DNA of 63,473 bases, counting the filler, from Choristocarpus tenellus KU-1152 (Eukaryota > Protista > Phaeophyceae), in assembly GCA_964200185.2 (NCBI GenBank). It is 8 parts of 8 records of this genome, joined end to end, with 100 filler letters (N's around TTAATTAATTAA, not from the genome) between each part and the next. Parts side by side here need not be neighbours in the genome. Positions count along the whole stretch, not along the records: positions 10,174 to 14,135 come from CAXNAD020016914.1; positions 14,236 to 17,714 come from CAXNAD020019753.1; positions 17,815 to 28,761 come from CAXNAD020002608.1; 5 more parts are not named here. One strand, 5' to 3'. Under the pieces are notes generated by a model, which worked only from the letters and a program-made list of their open reading frames with translations, did no database searches and was not told where the DNA came from. The position numbers and the translations under genes are program-made. This document shows positions 11,303 through 24,399 of the stretch, piece by piece (within the stretch, counting starts at the first letter, position 1; each line of letters begins with the position of its first letter).

Positions 11303-14291
11303 TTACGGGACTGGTGAGGGTTGTGCGAGTATTGTACACCTGTACATCGCGAAATGTGTAGCCTTCGCGATTTGAACACGTTCGTTAACGGTACCTTTGT
11401 CTTAACATGTCTTTGTTACATTGAAGACGTGTATGCCTGCGGAAGTGTTAGTGTGGGGATAGAGGGGGGGGTGGCAACGTCGTAGAACTTTTTTCTGACT
11501 GATGGACCGTTCCATTTCCTCTGTTGCTCCTCCAATAGTTTGTGTCCAATGTTATATATAGCGTGAGAAATGATGTGTTGTGTGTTGTGTGTTGTGTGTT
11601 TGTGCTTGTTTTCTTGTTGGACATTTTTTGAGTTTACAGAGTTGTGGACGTATCATTGACGATTAGCTGGACTTAGTGTCCACTTTTTTCACGCGCCCCT
11701 TGTATACATATTGTATATTTGACAAAGTGGCTAACCCCTGGCAAGATAAATCTTGTGTGTTTACTAGTTAGTATATTGTTGTGGCTTCCCAGGTCGTGTA
11801 AACTACAGATCTTAATCTTGGACGCGTAACTATCTCGTCCTCTACCATACATACTTCCTTGTGCGTAGTAGCTCTGAGTGCGTGTATATAGGCGAGATGA
11901 AGGTCCACTCGCTTGCCTATTTTCTTGCATGTTCCTGCCCTTGACATAACCTCCAGGTCATTCGGTTTGAGTGCACGCATAAACTAATACATGTATGTAG
12001 GTACATATCATGATACCGTACCACCACCTTGGGATTGCAGTTGTTTTCAAGCAACCTCCTGTGTTGTCTTGCCCCTCTATCCAGGAGACGTTGCAACATC
12101 CTCTCACCTTGTACTGATCTTGGTACAACCCTTTGATTTGCTCTCCCATATTGCAAAGTTGCTCTCTTGTGAGGAGTTGTTTTGCATGATACCAAATGCA
12201 CCATACTTACGGTAGCTCAAGATAAATATTGTATCTAATACTTCTGAAAAGTGTGGCCAGTTATTGCATGTAACAATGCGTTTAGTACCGGGTTTTATAG
12301 GCCACTGCAAAGCTTGTAAGAGTACCAACATTGAGATGCTCAATCAATGGTATGTGATGAATTTATGGTCAGAGTATACTACTTTTGTTATTGTATTGTG
12401 AAGTTTGTCCTGACTGGGGTTGGTGCATATTCTCTAATCCGGACTAAGCTACTGGATCTTGCACAAACTTAGCTACATCTCTTAGTTCTCATGTTTTTTT
12501 GGGGTGGGTCTCATTGAGTCCCACACCCATTTATTGTTCTACATGGATTTGTGCTCTACATTACTAGTTTAGATTCTTTGAGAGGAAAGTTTGATTGTGG
12601 GGTGCAGTTTGCTGGTGTGCTGGTACAGAATGGATGGTGTTTTGAGTGTATGAAATAGTAGTGTGAAGTGTGGTATTAATTTCGATGTTGGAGGCTTACA
12701 CTGAACACGATGTAACTGATAGGGGATAAACATTCAATCAGGGCATGTTTTATGTGTATATATTTAGAGAGGAAGGGTAAGATGTTCTCACTGACAAATA
12801 TGCGTACATTTTGTGGTTAGGTGGAATTTGTCATCAACATCCAGTGAAGTCAGCTCAGCAAAATACACATACATTTTTTTTGGGGGGGGTACAGCAAAGA
12901 ATGCAAATAAATTTTGATGGGAATATAATCCGTGAAGGTTCTGTGGATTATGTCCTCATGAGCCTTACTGAAGTATGTTTCTTTGGGGGCTTGTTACTGA
13001 TGAACTTACGTTTTTTTCTTCTTCAATATTTTGGGTGTAGGCATGCTCGATGAGCTGCAATCACCAGATGAACAAACCTATCACAGGATTCAGGAGACTA
13101 TCTCAGAGGGTACCCAAACTAGGTGTTCACGGAGGTGATGCTACACCAGGAGGGTTACTATGTGAGATTTGCCTGCAGTAAAGCCTCTTTTTGCTGCTTT
13201 CGTTTCTCCTTAGCAAGGTTGTCGCCAGCTATCGTAATATATCATTGCAATGCTTAACTTGGGTTGTGGGTGCTTGTTTTCCACCACCTTCCTCTTCCGT
13301 GCTTTGATTAGGGTAGTGGGAGGTGTCGATTTGGCGCCTCTCTTGTGTTCTGTGCTGCATGACACAGGGTGTAGGCATAGCAAGGGAGTGGTTTTAGGGA
13401 AGAGAAGCTTCAACTTTGCTCCAGGAGTATTGCCCTCTTGATGGAAATGAGGATTAGTCAGATTGTCAAACTTGCTGAAAGGAATAACCATCTGTGCCGT
13501 GTTTAACCCTTTGGCATAACAACCAAAACAATATTGTGCAGGCTGTTGTCCAGAATGCACGATTACGGAGGTATGCCATACCCTGGGCCAACAAAATCCT
13601 GGAAAGATGGGGTATGATTGCATACAACACTGTTAAGTTCTTACAAATTTTAAAAAAACCAAAGCAGTAAACCTCAATCTCTAGGTCCTTCCCCACGGCC
13701 TGCAGGAATGCTTTTTCAAATGCCACCAAAGACCATTTGATTGATCCACATTCATCGGTGATCAATTCACGTTCTACCCTGCCAAATATCTCTATTGTTC
13801 CTCCCGTGAACACCTGCAGAATGACATAGAACAGCAGAAGGAGAGAGTGAGAAATGATAGTATTTAGAGATTCCCTCCTGATTCTCTTTTCCCAGAACAA
13901 GTAAGGATAAGGCTTAAGTGTGATATGATACCTAGACCCAATTATACGCATTGTTTCCTATCCTCTTCCTGGATCATTTCCTCGTATATATCACCTGTCT
14001 GTCACATTGACAGTAGTCACCATTGTGCCTCAGTCGCAATTACAGGAAGGTTGTATCACCACAACTCGCTGTGTTAGAGGCAATACGCTGATTTTGCAGC
14101 CCACAACCAACTTCCATCCTCCAAAACAAACACGGNNNNNNNNNNNNNNNNNNNNNNNNNNNNNNNNNNNNNNNNNNNNTTAATTAATTAANNNNNNNNN
14201 NNNNNNNNNNNNNNNNNNNNNNNNNNNNNNNNNNNATGAAGAAATTGACCCCAAATGGACAGCCGCTACCCCCGCCCAGATACTTTGAGCC

Positions 14292-14892
14292 AACTCCAAC
14301 CCATTGTATTCTTATGGCTCGATTCGCACAATGCATATTTTCCCCACTACAAGCTGCCTCTTCTTCCGAGAGAGATGGCTACTAAGGTACATGTCACCGA
14401 GTGAAAGTATCTTAGAGGGTACGGGTTTTGCCCTGTTTGTCCATTTGGGGCTTGGCTTCTCATACCTTTTTTTATGACATTTTACCTACTCCGAAATGTT
14501 TCTGAGTAGTTAATAAAAATACGTATGAAAAGTTGTGTCCAGAAGACGGATATTGGCACTTCCTTTCAAACACGATGACCAACATTGCATCAAAATCGTA
14601 ACATTGGATTTTGACCCCCAAATGGACGCGGCTTTACCCTCTAAGATACTTTGACTCCTCCCGCGTTGTCCTCAAGAACGATCGGAAGGGACGACAAGAC
14701 CACCGCGTCCCCGAGTTCAGCGGCATCAAGTCCATGCACAGGTTCTTCACCAGTCCACGTGCCAATGGTAACTCCTCCAAGCTCATGTACTCCGAGATGT
14801 TGTGCTACTGCACCAGCTGTTCCATTGGCAATGTCGCGAGCTGCAAGTGGCAGGGCACTCACATGCCTATGTTGAAGGAGATCTACCTCGGA
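14292..14892 (+). pseudogene. Fragment of DDE transposase C-terminal region (Sola2-like), interrupted by the family-B MITE
   Basis: Removing the MITE and one TSD joins an open frame ..REMATKVHV(T/S)RVVLKNDRKGRQDHRVPEFSGIKSMHRFFTSPRANGNSSKLMYSEMLCYCTSCSIGNVASCKW. The G-x-K-x2-H-x-F...CxCxxCxxGxxxxC pattern is recalled from Sola2-type transposase C-termini and was not confirmed by search. Confidence 0.4.
14399..14657. mobile_element. MITE family B, full copy, TSD CACC/CTCC (1 mismatch)
   Basis: GAGTGAAAGTATCTTAGAGGGTAC ... TACCCTCTAAGATACTTTGACTC. Confidence 0.9.
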
Positions 14893-14900
14893 TTTTCCCC

Positions 14901-15059
14901 TGGTGGCAGCTGTCCATTTGGAGTCAATTTTTTCATATCGCGATTTTTGGGTGATTTGATTGCAAACGTCGGATGGATAATGTAAATGCACTTTTCCTGA
15001 TTTGGGGTCACATGGACACCCTGGTGTAGACCCCCCCCCTCCACCAGATACTTTCGGTC
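14901..15059. mobile_element. MITE family A copy lacking one TIR
   Basis: GGTGGCAGCTGTCCATTTGG...GGATGGATAATG...GGACACCCTGGTGTAGACCCCCC...CCAGATACTTTCGGTC. Confidence 0.85.
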
Positions 15060-15382
15060 ATTATGGAACAGAGGTTGCAGCGCATCGGACGCGCTAGCTA
15101 CAATCTTCTCTAAATTGGTAGTCGTGTGTCACCCCCTCCCCTCATCCATCCAGGACATCATGCCTCCCGTGGACATCCTGTCCTATCATAATAGAGGTAG
15201 GACGTGTGTTGTTGAGGCAGCGTTCATTTTGCAACATCTAAGCGCTAAGTACATACGCTAGATGCAGACCATGCAATATTCCACCTAGAAAAGACCAACC
15301 CTCCATGACTAAAGACACTCGAATATGCGCTTTTCCCAACATTTTCATACCCTTTTCCAACACTATGCAAGGGCCCATTTGG

Positions 15383-15558
15383 GACCCAAAGTATCTCGGG
15401 AAGAGGGGGGTTACACCAGAGTGTCCATTTGGACCAAAACCAGGAAATGTGCCCTTTCGTTATCCATCCAACGTGTGGAACCCAAATCACCCAAAATCGA
15501 GACATGAAAAAATTGACCCCCAAATGTACAACCGCCACCCCCCCAGATACTTCGAGCC
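15383..15558. mobile_element. MITE family A, full copy (TSD TGG/AGG), followed by a family-C end fragment 15560-15605
   Basis: GACCCAAAGTATCTCGGG ... CCCAGATACTTCGAGCC. The adjacent GGACGTCGGCACCCCCCTCCCAGATACTTTG matches the end of 36192-36360. Confidence 0.85.
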
Positions 15559-17838
15559 AGGGTCAAAAACGGACGTCGGCACCCCCCTCCCAGATACTTT
15601 GGCACTCGGGCACATCAAGGGGAACCCATGATCCATGCACTGAGGCCTTGAACTCCTTGAGAGTCTTCCAACGAGAGCACAAAGAGAAGGGCTGTCCAAT
15701 CAAGATGGCCGTGAGCTTCTTGGCTGCGTCTTCTGTCTCTGTGCCCAGTTTAATGAACACACTCTCAACCCTGCCCTTGTCGAGGAGGTTCGCACTAAAC
15801 GTTTGGGACACGAATGTCGATGTGGCAAGGTCCGTGGTACGCGTCGCATTGAGGCTTCTAGATATCACCTCAGTGGTCCTCTTCCCCTTGGAGTTGTTGG
15901 TGCTCCCAGTCGTTGCTCTGTGGCATGATAGGGGGGTGGGGTGCGAGCAGCGGTAGCAACCAACACAAACAAGACGCATGCAGGGTCGGATACTTGTGAT
16001 TAGTGATGGAAGCAAGGGTATTGTCAGTGGGAACAAGGCGGGGAGTGTTACAACAATAGTAGGGACAGTATATGTGATTTGTGGTTTCAAGATCGATAGC
16101 GTCTGCTATGTCTGTTTGCACACGTGAATATTGTCAAACCAATGTCATTCCAACTAGGCCTTTTGTTTCGAGGCGGAGAAACTGTACCGTGAGGTGATAA
16201 GGATGGGTGAAGAAACGTTTGGATCAAGTCACCCATATGTGGCTACCAACAAGGGAAACTTGGCTGGTTTGCTTCAAGCTCAGGTGAGAAAGTGAATGGT
16301 TGGTATGTAAATATTGTAAGGGTGGTTGGGGATGAGACACAAGAAGAGGGCATATTGAAGAGGGTAATTTTTTCGCTGTCAATACCGCGAGTTGCCAACA
16401 TTTGTGGAACGGTGTAAAAGGTAGCAATCACACTTTACATACATATTCTTCATACTGGAAAACGTAAAAAAATCGTGGTATAAAAATTAGTAGAATAATC
16501 TTGTGCAAATGTGAAAAAGGAAAGAATTACGTGTATGATGTATAGTCAAAATTGTAGACTGATGTGCGTAGATTAGACTACCAAAGATGGAATGTTATGA
16601 TAACCATTGACCTAGAGATACGGTTTAGTGTATGGTACAGACCTTACAAACATTTTGTTTCAAAATGCAAACTATTTCCTCTTACTTTTTTCGGAAGTGT
16701 ACTACAAACTCATGGACCGTTCTCGTTTTGGACGAGATCACTTGATATTTGTGAGTTGGATCCAATAACTCAACAAACTTCACTCCAACATGCTGTTGTA
16801 GGTCGTTTTCGGGGTACAAGTGACGACTCAACGAGATAGAGCAATGACCTGAAGCCCAACGATCTGATCTTGTGGTTGATGTAGTTGAGATTTTATCAAG
16901 CCCTCTACAAATTTGTCGCCCTTCTGTGTTTAGTAGAAGGGTAAATTCCAACACAGAAACGTACGGTTCAATGTAGGGTATACTCTGTCCTAGTCTGTTC
17001 CCTGCGCACAAATACTGACGATCCATTAAGACAGTGGAAGAACCTGTGGCCCAACTAGTTGAGGTTGTGGACGGCATAGCTGAGAGGTTGTTGAGGTCTG
17101 TACAAATTCTACGTACTGTCTTTTTTGTCGAAGGGGTCCTATCTTCAACACAGTGACATTCAAAGCTGGGGATGGAATTATTGCTTGGGAAGTGTAGGGT
17201 GTACCTTTACAGCCCTTGAAAATGACAAGACAAAGATCACTGACTTGGTCTGTGCGAGTCGAGGGAATGGTCCCTGATCGGTTGTGCTCTCATGCAATTT
17301 GTTTTGGAAGTAGGTCATGTGTTATATTCTCCCGCAAGCAAGAAATCGCACAACAGGTCGTTCTCCAGTTCCCTGTTTGTGGTTTTGCTTCCTCGTAGTT
17401 GTGTCAAAAAATGATAAATATATTTGTTGTATAGATGCATATTTATCTTGGATTGATTGGGGAAGGCAATTTGTATTTTCCTGTTTGCAGTTTTAAAAAA
17501 TTGTTGAATATTGGTGTTCCACCCATTTTTATTTTTCAAATGCCCACACATGAGATATGTACCGTATTTGAGTGGTTTCTTTGAGTTGGTGTTTTTTTTA
17601 AGGTCGAGAGTGAAAGCAGTTGTGTACATATATCTCCTGATTTGCAAAGTTTGCCTTTCCATTTGAAATCATGACTACATACTACCTTTGACCCAAAGTA
17701 TCTGGGAGGGGGGGNNNNNNNNNNNNNNNNNNNNNNNNNNNNNNNNNNNNNNNNNNNNTTAATTAATTAANNNNNNNNNNNNNNNNNNNNNNNNNNNNNN
17801 NNNNNNNNNNNNNNCCGCTTGGCGTGTCTGCCCACGCG

Positions 17839-17872
<34 letters not shown>

Positions 17873-18337
17873 AGATACTTTGAGTCGTTGGCAGGGGGCA
17901 GAGGACAAGGGAAGGTGGTGGAAAGAAAAAAAAGGAAGCAGGAAGAGAAGGAATAGGGAAGGAATGACTGGCTAAGAGAAAGGGGAAAAGAAAAAGAAAT
18001 GAGTGGTAGGAAGAAGGAAGGGGAAGGAGCGGTCAGTATTTGATAAGAAGGCTGAGAACCAGGGGTACTGGACGAGGAGGGTGAGACTAAAACAACCTCC
18101 GAGCAAGCTCTCCCTCCCACCCACCCTGGCGCTTGCTCATGACCGACGGGAACACTGGGTAAGGGGGGGGGAGGTCAAGTTCTGGCGGGGTAGATGTCTT
18201 CTAGCTCAAAGGCACAGTTTAAAGTGGATCATGAAGGGGTGTTCTTGCATGATTGTGGAGTGGTGTTGAGTGGAGTGGGAACTGCTGTGGGGTTGAAGGG
18301 AGTGGTAACTTGTGTGGGGTTGAAAGGTGGGGGAGGT

Positions 18338-18437
18338 GACTGGAAATCAGTGATGAAGGGCATTCGCACTGGTTGGTCATCAAATGTGGGGGATGACTGG
18401 AAATCAGTGACGAAAGGGGTTCGCACTGGTTGGTCAC
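18338..18437. repeat. Tandem 57-bp direct repeat in a Pro/Thr-rich minus-strand coding remnant
   Basis: GACTGGAAATCAGTGA(T/C)GAA.GG..TTCGCACTGGTTGGTCA occurs twice. Minus strand reads DQPVR(T/M)PF(V/I)TDFQS twice, then PFNPT repeats, bounded by stops. Confidence 0.75.
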
Positions 18438-19331
18438 CTCATGGGCAAGTAAATAGGAGACCAGCTGCGAAGGGGTCGCAAGGGGCTGGTCAGAGGAAGG
18501 AGTACATGGAAAAGGAAAGGAATGGAGAATAGGGGAATGGCAAACAAGGAATAAGCTAATAATAATAATCCAGAATTCGTGAGCAAAACAAAACATTCAA
18601 CACAATAACTTGAAAGCAGGAGTGGTTTAAAATTACAGGTTGCATATTGATCGATAGTAGTAGTAGTTGATTATGAGTATGTGCTTGTAAAATAAAGAGT
18701 AGATATTCATGATTTGACGTCATAACAATATGTATGTATTTTTAATCCTCTTTGTAATTATATATATTATTGAAGACGATTGTACACACTGTACATTTGA
18801 ATTTACGAACATAAAGTAGATACAAAAATACATAGGAGTCCAGATTGAAGAAACACCTATTTGACGTCTATAATTGAAGAGACTATTGTTTTCTTTTTTG
18901 ATATGTAAGGATGTTCGTCGTCATTTTGAGCACTTGTACAGGCGTTTGGTTTTGGGTGACTTTTCGTTAGTGGTTTTAGACTCATCCTAAGCTACTTTTT
19001 TCAAACCAAGTCTCTTATTTCCCCGCCTTGCCAACATCGAGACAGGTCTTTTAGTGTCGGGTTTCTAGTTTTCTCATCGTTGTAGACTCGTCATGATGTA
19101 CCTCTGTTCAGAGCCATCTTAATCACCGTGCTTGGCCATAGCCTTTTGTACGCCAGGCACATCTAGAGTTTGTGTCCATCTAAGGCGGGTCGTTTTGTGT
19201 GAACAAATCCAAATCGCATCGTTATAATCGAAAAGTGTATCAGAGAGGTCCATCCTCACCTTTCTGATTTACTGCTTGGAGAATCCCATTTAATCACTCT
19301 GTGGGATTCAAGCACGTGGAACGAGCACAAT

Positions 19332-20928
19332 ATGCCCATGTGAGCGACGCCTTCCACTTGTCTTGCCATTGTTGTATAGATAACTCTTCATTGTCCTGGC
19401 TCTCGCCCCACTGTATTGGTTGCTGCGGTGAGAGTGAGGTGCGGTCTTCACCTTGCATGGGAAGCTGTGCATTTCCGAGAACACTCTCTGTCCTCTCCTA
19501 TTTCCCATTTCGCGTAGTGAGTTGCCTTCGTCTTCGTAGGTTGGCATACTCCATTTTCCCCGAAATCACCCACATCACCAACCCATCCAACCTCCTAGGG
19601 CGTCAAGGCAATGCTCGGAGGAAGGGTGCCGAAGAAAGGCTATATTCGGTGCCACCGGAGAAAAACCGACTCAGTGCGCTATTCATCGGAAGGAGGGTTT
19701 TGTGAACTTGTCAAGCCGCCGATGCGAGCATGAAGGTTGTGCGAGACGGTCTACATACGGGTTCGAGGGTACACGGGCGCAGTTTTGCTCTGCACACAAG
19801 TTCGAGGGCATGGTAGACATGAAGCATAAGCTCTGCGAATACCCGTCCTGTACGAGGCATCCCTACTACGGGCATGAGGGACAGAAGCCAGTTTTCTGTA
19901 GTATGCACAAGCAACTGGGAATGGTGAACCTCCGAAACAAGCGATGCGAAAGGGAGGGATGCCTTAAGCAGCCGTCGTACGCCTTTGAAGGAGAGAAGGC
20001 TCGTGTGTGCGCGACACATCGAGAGGAAGGCATGCAGGATGTGATCAGCAAGGTAAGGGTCCATCAAATCGTACAAAGCACCCTATTAAACAACACTGGA
20101 CTAACTTTCCCTTCTTCCCTTGCTGCACAGCTCTGCATGAGTGAGGGATGCTTGGTCATACCGAACTTTGGCTTTGAGGGTAAGAGGCCTCTCTTTTGCG
20201 CTACTCACATGCAGGATGGCATGATCAATGTCAAGAACCGTCGTTGCGAGAACTTGGCATGCGGCCGCCAGCCCCTCTACAGCTTCCAGGGCGAAAAGGC
20301 TCGGTTCTGTTCTCAGCACAAAGCAGAAGGCATGGTTGATGTTCGGCACACTCGCTGCAAGGAGGAGGAATGCACCCGCCATCCCACCTTTGCGTTGGTG
20401 GGTGACAAACCCATGTACTGCCAAGAGCACAAATCCAGTGAGATGGTCGACGTCAAGCGGCGGAAGAAACGGATAAGGGAATTGGGAATCAAGCGGACCC
20501 ATGCAGAGACAAAGTCACGTAGTGTGTTAGACGCGCCATCATCAAGCCCATCATCATCCCGTTCAAGGGTTGATGGCAGGTGGTTGGTCAATGACCAGAT
20601 CGACACTGGCACCAGTGTTGATAGGCAGGTGGGTAGTGGAGGGCACGAAGTAACTGATGGTTCTTTGCCATTGCAGCAGCTTCTTGTCCTTCCTTCCTTA
20701 TCTCAACTGCCTCAGGTGGATGTGGTAAATGGTAATCCACATGGTCAGGGTGTTGTTGGCCAGCATGCAAATGTGGTCCCCCAGCTTGCATATGCTAATG
20801 CGAGAGCTGAAGGTGTTGGCGGAACCTGTGTTGATGTTGGTGAAGGAAGTGAAGATAGAAACGGTGGCATTTCAAACACAAGCAACATGGGTGCCTCTTC
20901 CACTGCAGGTGGCACTTCCCGGATTTAA
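19332..20928 (+). CDS. EsV-1-7 cysteine-rich repeat protein (7 repeats), 3 exons (19332-19339, 19599-20052, 20131-20928)
   Basis: Seven ~38-aa C-x4-C...F/YG..G.K/R...C-x2-H-K..GMV(D/N)V units (RQCSEEGC, RRCEHEGC, KLCEYPSC, KRCEREGC, KLCMSEGC, RRCENLAC, TRCKEEEC), then basic KRRKKRIR and a low-complexity tail. The 8-nt first exon ATGCCCAT|gtgagc is phase-matched; the start is less certain. Confidence 0.9.
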
Positions 20929-21902
20929 GGGAAGGAGCCTTATCGATGGCGGATGGATGGGGGTTAGGGGAGGCAGGATTATATCCGAACTTTATTCATC
21001 CTGTTGTTATTTTGTATTCTGTGTCAATAGTTTCATCATAGGTCTTGTGTGTTGCCCCCCGTAGTGTGTAGTAAATTGCAAGTAGTGGGTAATCAAGGAA
21101 AGGAAAAGCTACTTGCACAAACTCCGCTTCCATATTTGATGTTCCCAAGGGCTGGGGGACTGGGTGAGCTTTTCCATTATTTCCGAGTCACGCGAGGTTT
21201 CGATCTGTGAGACACCCCCTTGTGCATACATACCAGGAAATGATTAACCAATTTGTAGAGCTTTTGTGTCTGCCTCTGCTTGAAACAACTCCCTCCCATG
21301 CATTCTCTTGTTTAGACCCTCTTTTTTCCTAAACCTCATGCTGAGCAGAAATGACAGGAGGATATTATGCCCTTGCAAGTACTGTACACTTTTGTCATGA
21401 TTTTCACACCAACCCCTTCCTTTCATTGTTCTTGAAGGGGTCCCTTTCTCTAGGATTCAATCACTGGCAGAGCTGGTGCACACTAAATCAGTGTATGTAG
21501 GTTACTGTGTACTGGTTCCAGGATTGTGAAAACTCGCCATTTGTCTTGCTGTTGTGTGATGAGCCAATTGATGTACCATGTCTGTACACTGCCTCAGAGT
21601 TCAGTGGTATGTGTTGAATGTACAAATTTGTGTGCAATCATTTAGTGATGTTCCTTGTTTGTGTTGATGCTAGAAAATATCCTGAGGGAAATGACGTGAC
21701 TCGATGGTTCTTACTAGAAACTTAGTGTAGTTCAATTGCCACGTGTAACAGTGTTTGATGCTAGAGGTCCAATTCCCATGAGTGCTGTGTTTGCGTTTGT
21801 AGCGCATAGTGCCACTCTGGTTATTTTTTTCTTTTCTTTGCGTGTCCTGGATTGTGTATTTTTTATGAATATGATGGAGTGAAGAACTACTCTTGTGAAA
21901 GA

Positions 21903-22060
21903 GTAGGAGTAGGTAAAATGTATACATTATGAAAGGTGTGTCGGAAACATAGATATTGACACTTCCTAACAAATACGATAGCCAAAATTTCATCAAAATC
22001 ACAGCATTGGATTTTGACCCCCAAATAGACACAGCTCTACCCTCTAAGATACTTTGGCTC
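21903..22060. mobile_element. MITE family B, partial copy
   Basis: GAGTAGGTAAAATGTATAC...CCCCAAATAGACACAGCTCTACCCTCTAAGATACTTTGGCTC. Confidence 0.85.
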
Positions 22061-23424
22061 ATATAGTGCTCCTGCTTTTTGAGTAGGGAATTTTTTTTTA
22101 TGCGTTTGATCAGGAACACTGCATCAAGACATTCCTTGATTGTTCTGATGATCAAGAACAGTGTATACACACTGACGTCCTAATTGAAAGAGTTCCGTTG
22201 TAGTATCAGGAGAAGAATGGGCATCTTTACATGTGGGCCAGCAGAATGTGTAGTTTGACATCCTCTACACGTTGATGCAGTTGTGTTGTTCCAAATCTTG
22301 TATCTCACCCTCAGGAGCATGTTGAGTTAGCTGAGTGGGAGAACCAGAGACCCTTCCAAATATGAAATAGTGGTAGATCTTCAAGTGACCGTAATTTGAA
22401 AATGTACCACTATCATGCTTGTAGGGTGTTGGAGGTCAGAGATATATATTTTACTCTTTCTTCAAAGGAGTTTGTGAAGTAACTGAGGGGTTCAATCAGT
22501 GGGGCTGGGTAGATGGAGGAGAGGCCATATTTAGCTCTGATCTTCAGCAGGAACAGAGTCAATGTCCTATTCTTGGAATGTTGAGCTTCGCCTTATAATT
22601 AAATGCAGTATTAATAAGGCAGTCAAATATATAAAGGGCTAGGGCATCACACTGTATGAACATGTCTTCAAGGAAGCTATAATGGAGAAAAAAACTTTAT
22701 TTACTCTACCAGAGTAAGGCTCAGTGTGTAAGAACCATGTTTGTTTGGTTGTGTGCTCACTAACAGGGTCAACCAAGAACATGCTCATAACATGTACACA
22801 TGTGGAAATTGGTTACGGTGAGAAGGGCAAAAAGCACTGTGCATGACATGCACAAAGGATATAAAATATTACATACAAATCAAACAATGCTCATGTACAT
22901 AAATGTTTGCAGACACACTATGAAGTTTGTGCCTTCAAATCCAACTGGCAAATGCACATTGTTATTGATCCCTCCTAGCAAGAAATTGGGTCAGTGAGAA
23001 AATTGATCATAAAAACGATGCCAGCACAGTTTTATGTGATAATCTTTTGCATATTAAACAAAGTTTGTAAGATGGCCACGATAATCAGTGGGAACAAATG
23101 ACAGCTCTTGATCAAGATTACGACCCTTGGTTTTATCACATGAGAGCAAAAGAGGAACGCCTCTAAAAAAAGCAACACCAACTGCCATGGTTGAGTTATC
23201 CCTACTCTAAGCAAACAAAACCCATGCACTATCTCAAATATACTGAAGGCACATACTCTATTCCTGATGTGCAGCTCACTTTTGAGTGCCATAACTTTAT
23301 CAATAGCAAGACACCAAGGAGTCTAAGCCGGGAGTGATCAACCCAAGAGACGTCAAATCCTGCTCAAAGATTTCTGAGTTTCTCTTCACTAGGAAAATGT
23401 ACAGGGGAACAAAGGTAGAGGGGA

Positions 23425-23905
23425 GCAGTTTGTCCCATAACCAGCCCACACCACAACAACAAAGATCGACTACCTGGGAGTCACAGGATTGCAAAACGAA
23501 GGCCCACACATAAACCCTAGTTATATCAGAACTGAAATTCAACTGCCCCAACTCTCACTCTTCTTCTCAGCCTATGAAATCCTACCATTACACAAAAAGG
23601 TCTCTACAACCTGACTATGTACAGGAATAGAAGCCTCCTATCATAAGCGAAGCAAATCATGAATTAGGGTTGTAACTGCTTTTCCATGCCATGCTGATAA
23701 CAAAATAAGCAGAGGTGGTATGGGAGTCATAAGCTTGGTGCAAAACGAAAGCCCATCTATAGACCCTAGCTATATAAGAATTGAGATTCAACTGCTCCAA
23801 CCCTTGCTGGATCTCTTTTAGCCCATGAAATCCTACCATTCCACAAAAAAGTCTCCAAAACACGTCGTTGGGGAGGATTAGAAGCTACCTATCATAGCCG
23901 AAGCA
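23425..23905. repeat. Diverged tandem duplication, ~240-bp unit
   Basis: GGGAGTCA..TGCAAAACGAA.GCCCA..TA.ACCCTAG.TATAT.AGAA.TGA.ATTCAACTGC..CAGCC.ATGAAATCCTACCATT.CACAAAAA.GTCTC..TAGAAGC..CCTATCATA.GC.GAAGCA is present at ~23476-23655 and ~23722-23905. Confidence 0.85.
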
Positions 23906-24399
23906 GTTGGTACATTAGGGTCCACGAATGCTTGTCCACAACATATTGATAGCAAGAAAAACAGGCACAGATGGCTGGTGCGCCACAACGACTCCTATCT
24001 CTTGGCTGATGAAAGTCTTATTGGAACACCATCAACTTATCCATATGTAGTCATCACCCTACGGGGTACATTGTTTACTATTTTTAAACAAGTTTACGAC
24101 ATCTGCTGTATGCCTGCCAAATGTAACCTTCCACACACATGGGACCCGTTTACTCATTCGTCAGCCAACGATGGTGGGGGTACAGAAGGATTCATATCTG
24201 ACGAAACTGAAGAGCTCTACTCTACGAGAAATCCATGCTATCAGAACAACTGCTAACCTCAAGTGTACATCTCCGATGATCAAATCACTGAAAGACAACA
24301 GCAAAGGGTAAACCCCAAAGCAACCGCTATCCTCACATTAATACTCACTGAGGGCACATTTCAGTGCCTTAATAACCCTATTAAATCAAAGCAGACACA

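Noticed and set aside
11673-14135. Broken minus-strand ORFs that might be a decayed DNA transposase (hAT-like) or TnpB/Fanzor
   Set aside because: No recognisable catalytic or zinc-finger motif, and too many stops to assign without a profile search.
15606-17400. Overlapping 175-aa ORFs and an RICTDLNNLS string suggestive of RT
   Set aside because: The ORFs partly run through MITE sequence and no supporting downstream RT motifs were found.
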